DNA of 64,000 bases from Callorhinchus milii (Eukaryota), in the NCBI RefSeq assembly GCF_018977255.1, contig NW_024704743.1, forward strand, positions 73,100,001 to 73,164,000, read 5' to 3'. Below, piece by piece: positions 63,481 to 64,000 of the stretch; the first letter of the stretch is position 1, and each line of letters starts with the position of its first letter. Below the pieces are notes generated by a model, which ran no database searches, was not told the DNA's origin, and saw nothing but the letters and a program-made list of their open reading frames with translations. Position numbers and translations under genes: made by a program.

Positions 63481-64000
63481 ATGAAGTAGAAATGAGTAGA
63501 AACTGAGTAGAACACTGCTGATAGCAATTGTAATACTGTAGTGCAATAATATCTTTCATGTTCACTTCTTTACACATGATTGAAAACATTGTTTCTCTTT
63601 GTTCCAACTTGCACACATATGGAAGTCATCTATCCAATGTGCGATATTTAAATTTTTACTGGTATTTACAGTGTTCCGAGATGTTATTCTACATGAAGAG
63701 CACTATATAAATGCATGTTATTGTCGTTGATATTCACAACAATTTATTATGTTAAGTACAACTTTGTGTGAAGAAAAATTGGTCAGATGGGTGTCTAACT
63801 CCTGCAGAAACCTATCACCATGCTCAAGAGAATCCTAAGCAAACTGAGAGTTCCACATATGTGAGCCACCTATGCATGGTGATTTCCCTTTGACTGGAAG
63901 GGAATGTGCACTTATTTTAGAGTTATGCTGGTTATGCTATAATTTTCTTAAGGGGCTCTTCAACCCCATTGCCAACCAAAATTCTGTGGTTCTTCAAGGT

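Noticed and set aside
1..64000. CRISPR arrays, rRNA, operons or other prokaryotic systems
   Set aside because: The sequence is spliced vertebrate DNA. The recurring motifs are LINE/SINE tails, not repeat-spacer arrays.

Overview
AT-rich vertebrate DNA, almost entirely intronic. The repeat content (L2 and CR1 LINEs, a tRNA-Ala-headed SINE with an L2-type tail, Deu-domain SINEs) points to a cartilaginous fish, probably a holocephalan such as Callorhinchus (inference). The only credible host coding sequence is two + strand exons, 10268-10342 (75 bp) and 19973-20045 (73 bp). They encode GKYYDYYDEGHLELEQASLDKPIDK|GNIGHCLLQNHRWKLGQGLGKTLQ(G), matching exons 2-3 (G-patch) of the GPATCH8/ZNF804 family. 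The sequence is clearly diverged from GPATCH8 and the conserved G of the GW motif is R, so this may be a ZNF804-type ohnolog that kept a vestigial G-patch. I found no further exon, so the next intron appears to be at least ~44 kb. Nearly all long ORFs in the track are decayed L2 or CR1 ORF2 pieces. Other notable features: several local templated duplications whose order can be reconstructed, a near-perfect 37-bp SINE-tail hairpin, a CpG-retaining promoter-like island at 44.7-45.1 kb, a probable DIRS reverse-transcriptase fossil, and an old unidentified SINE-like family seen only on the + strand. Repeat boundaries were read by eye and are approximate.
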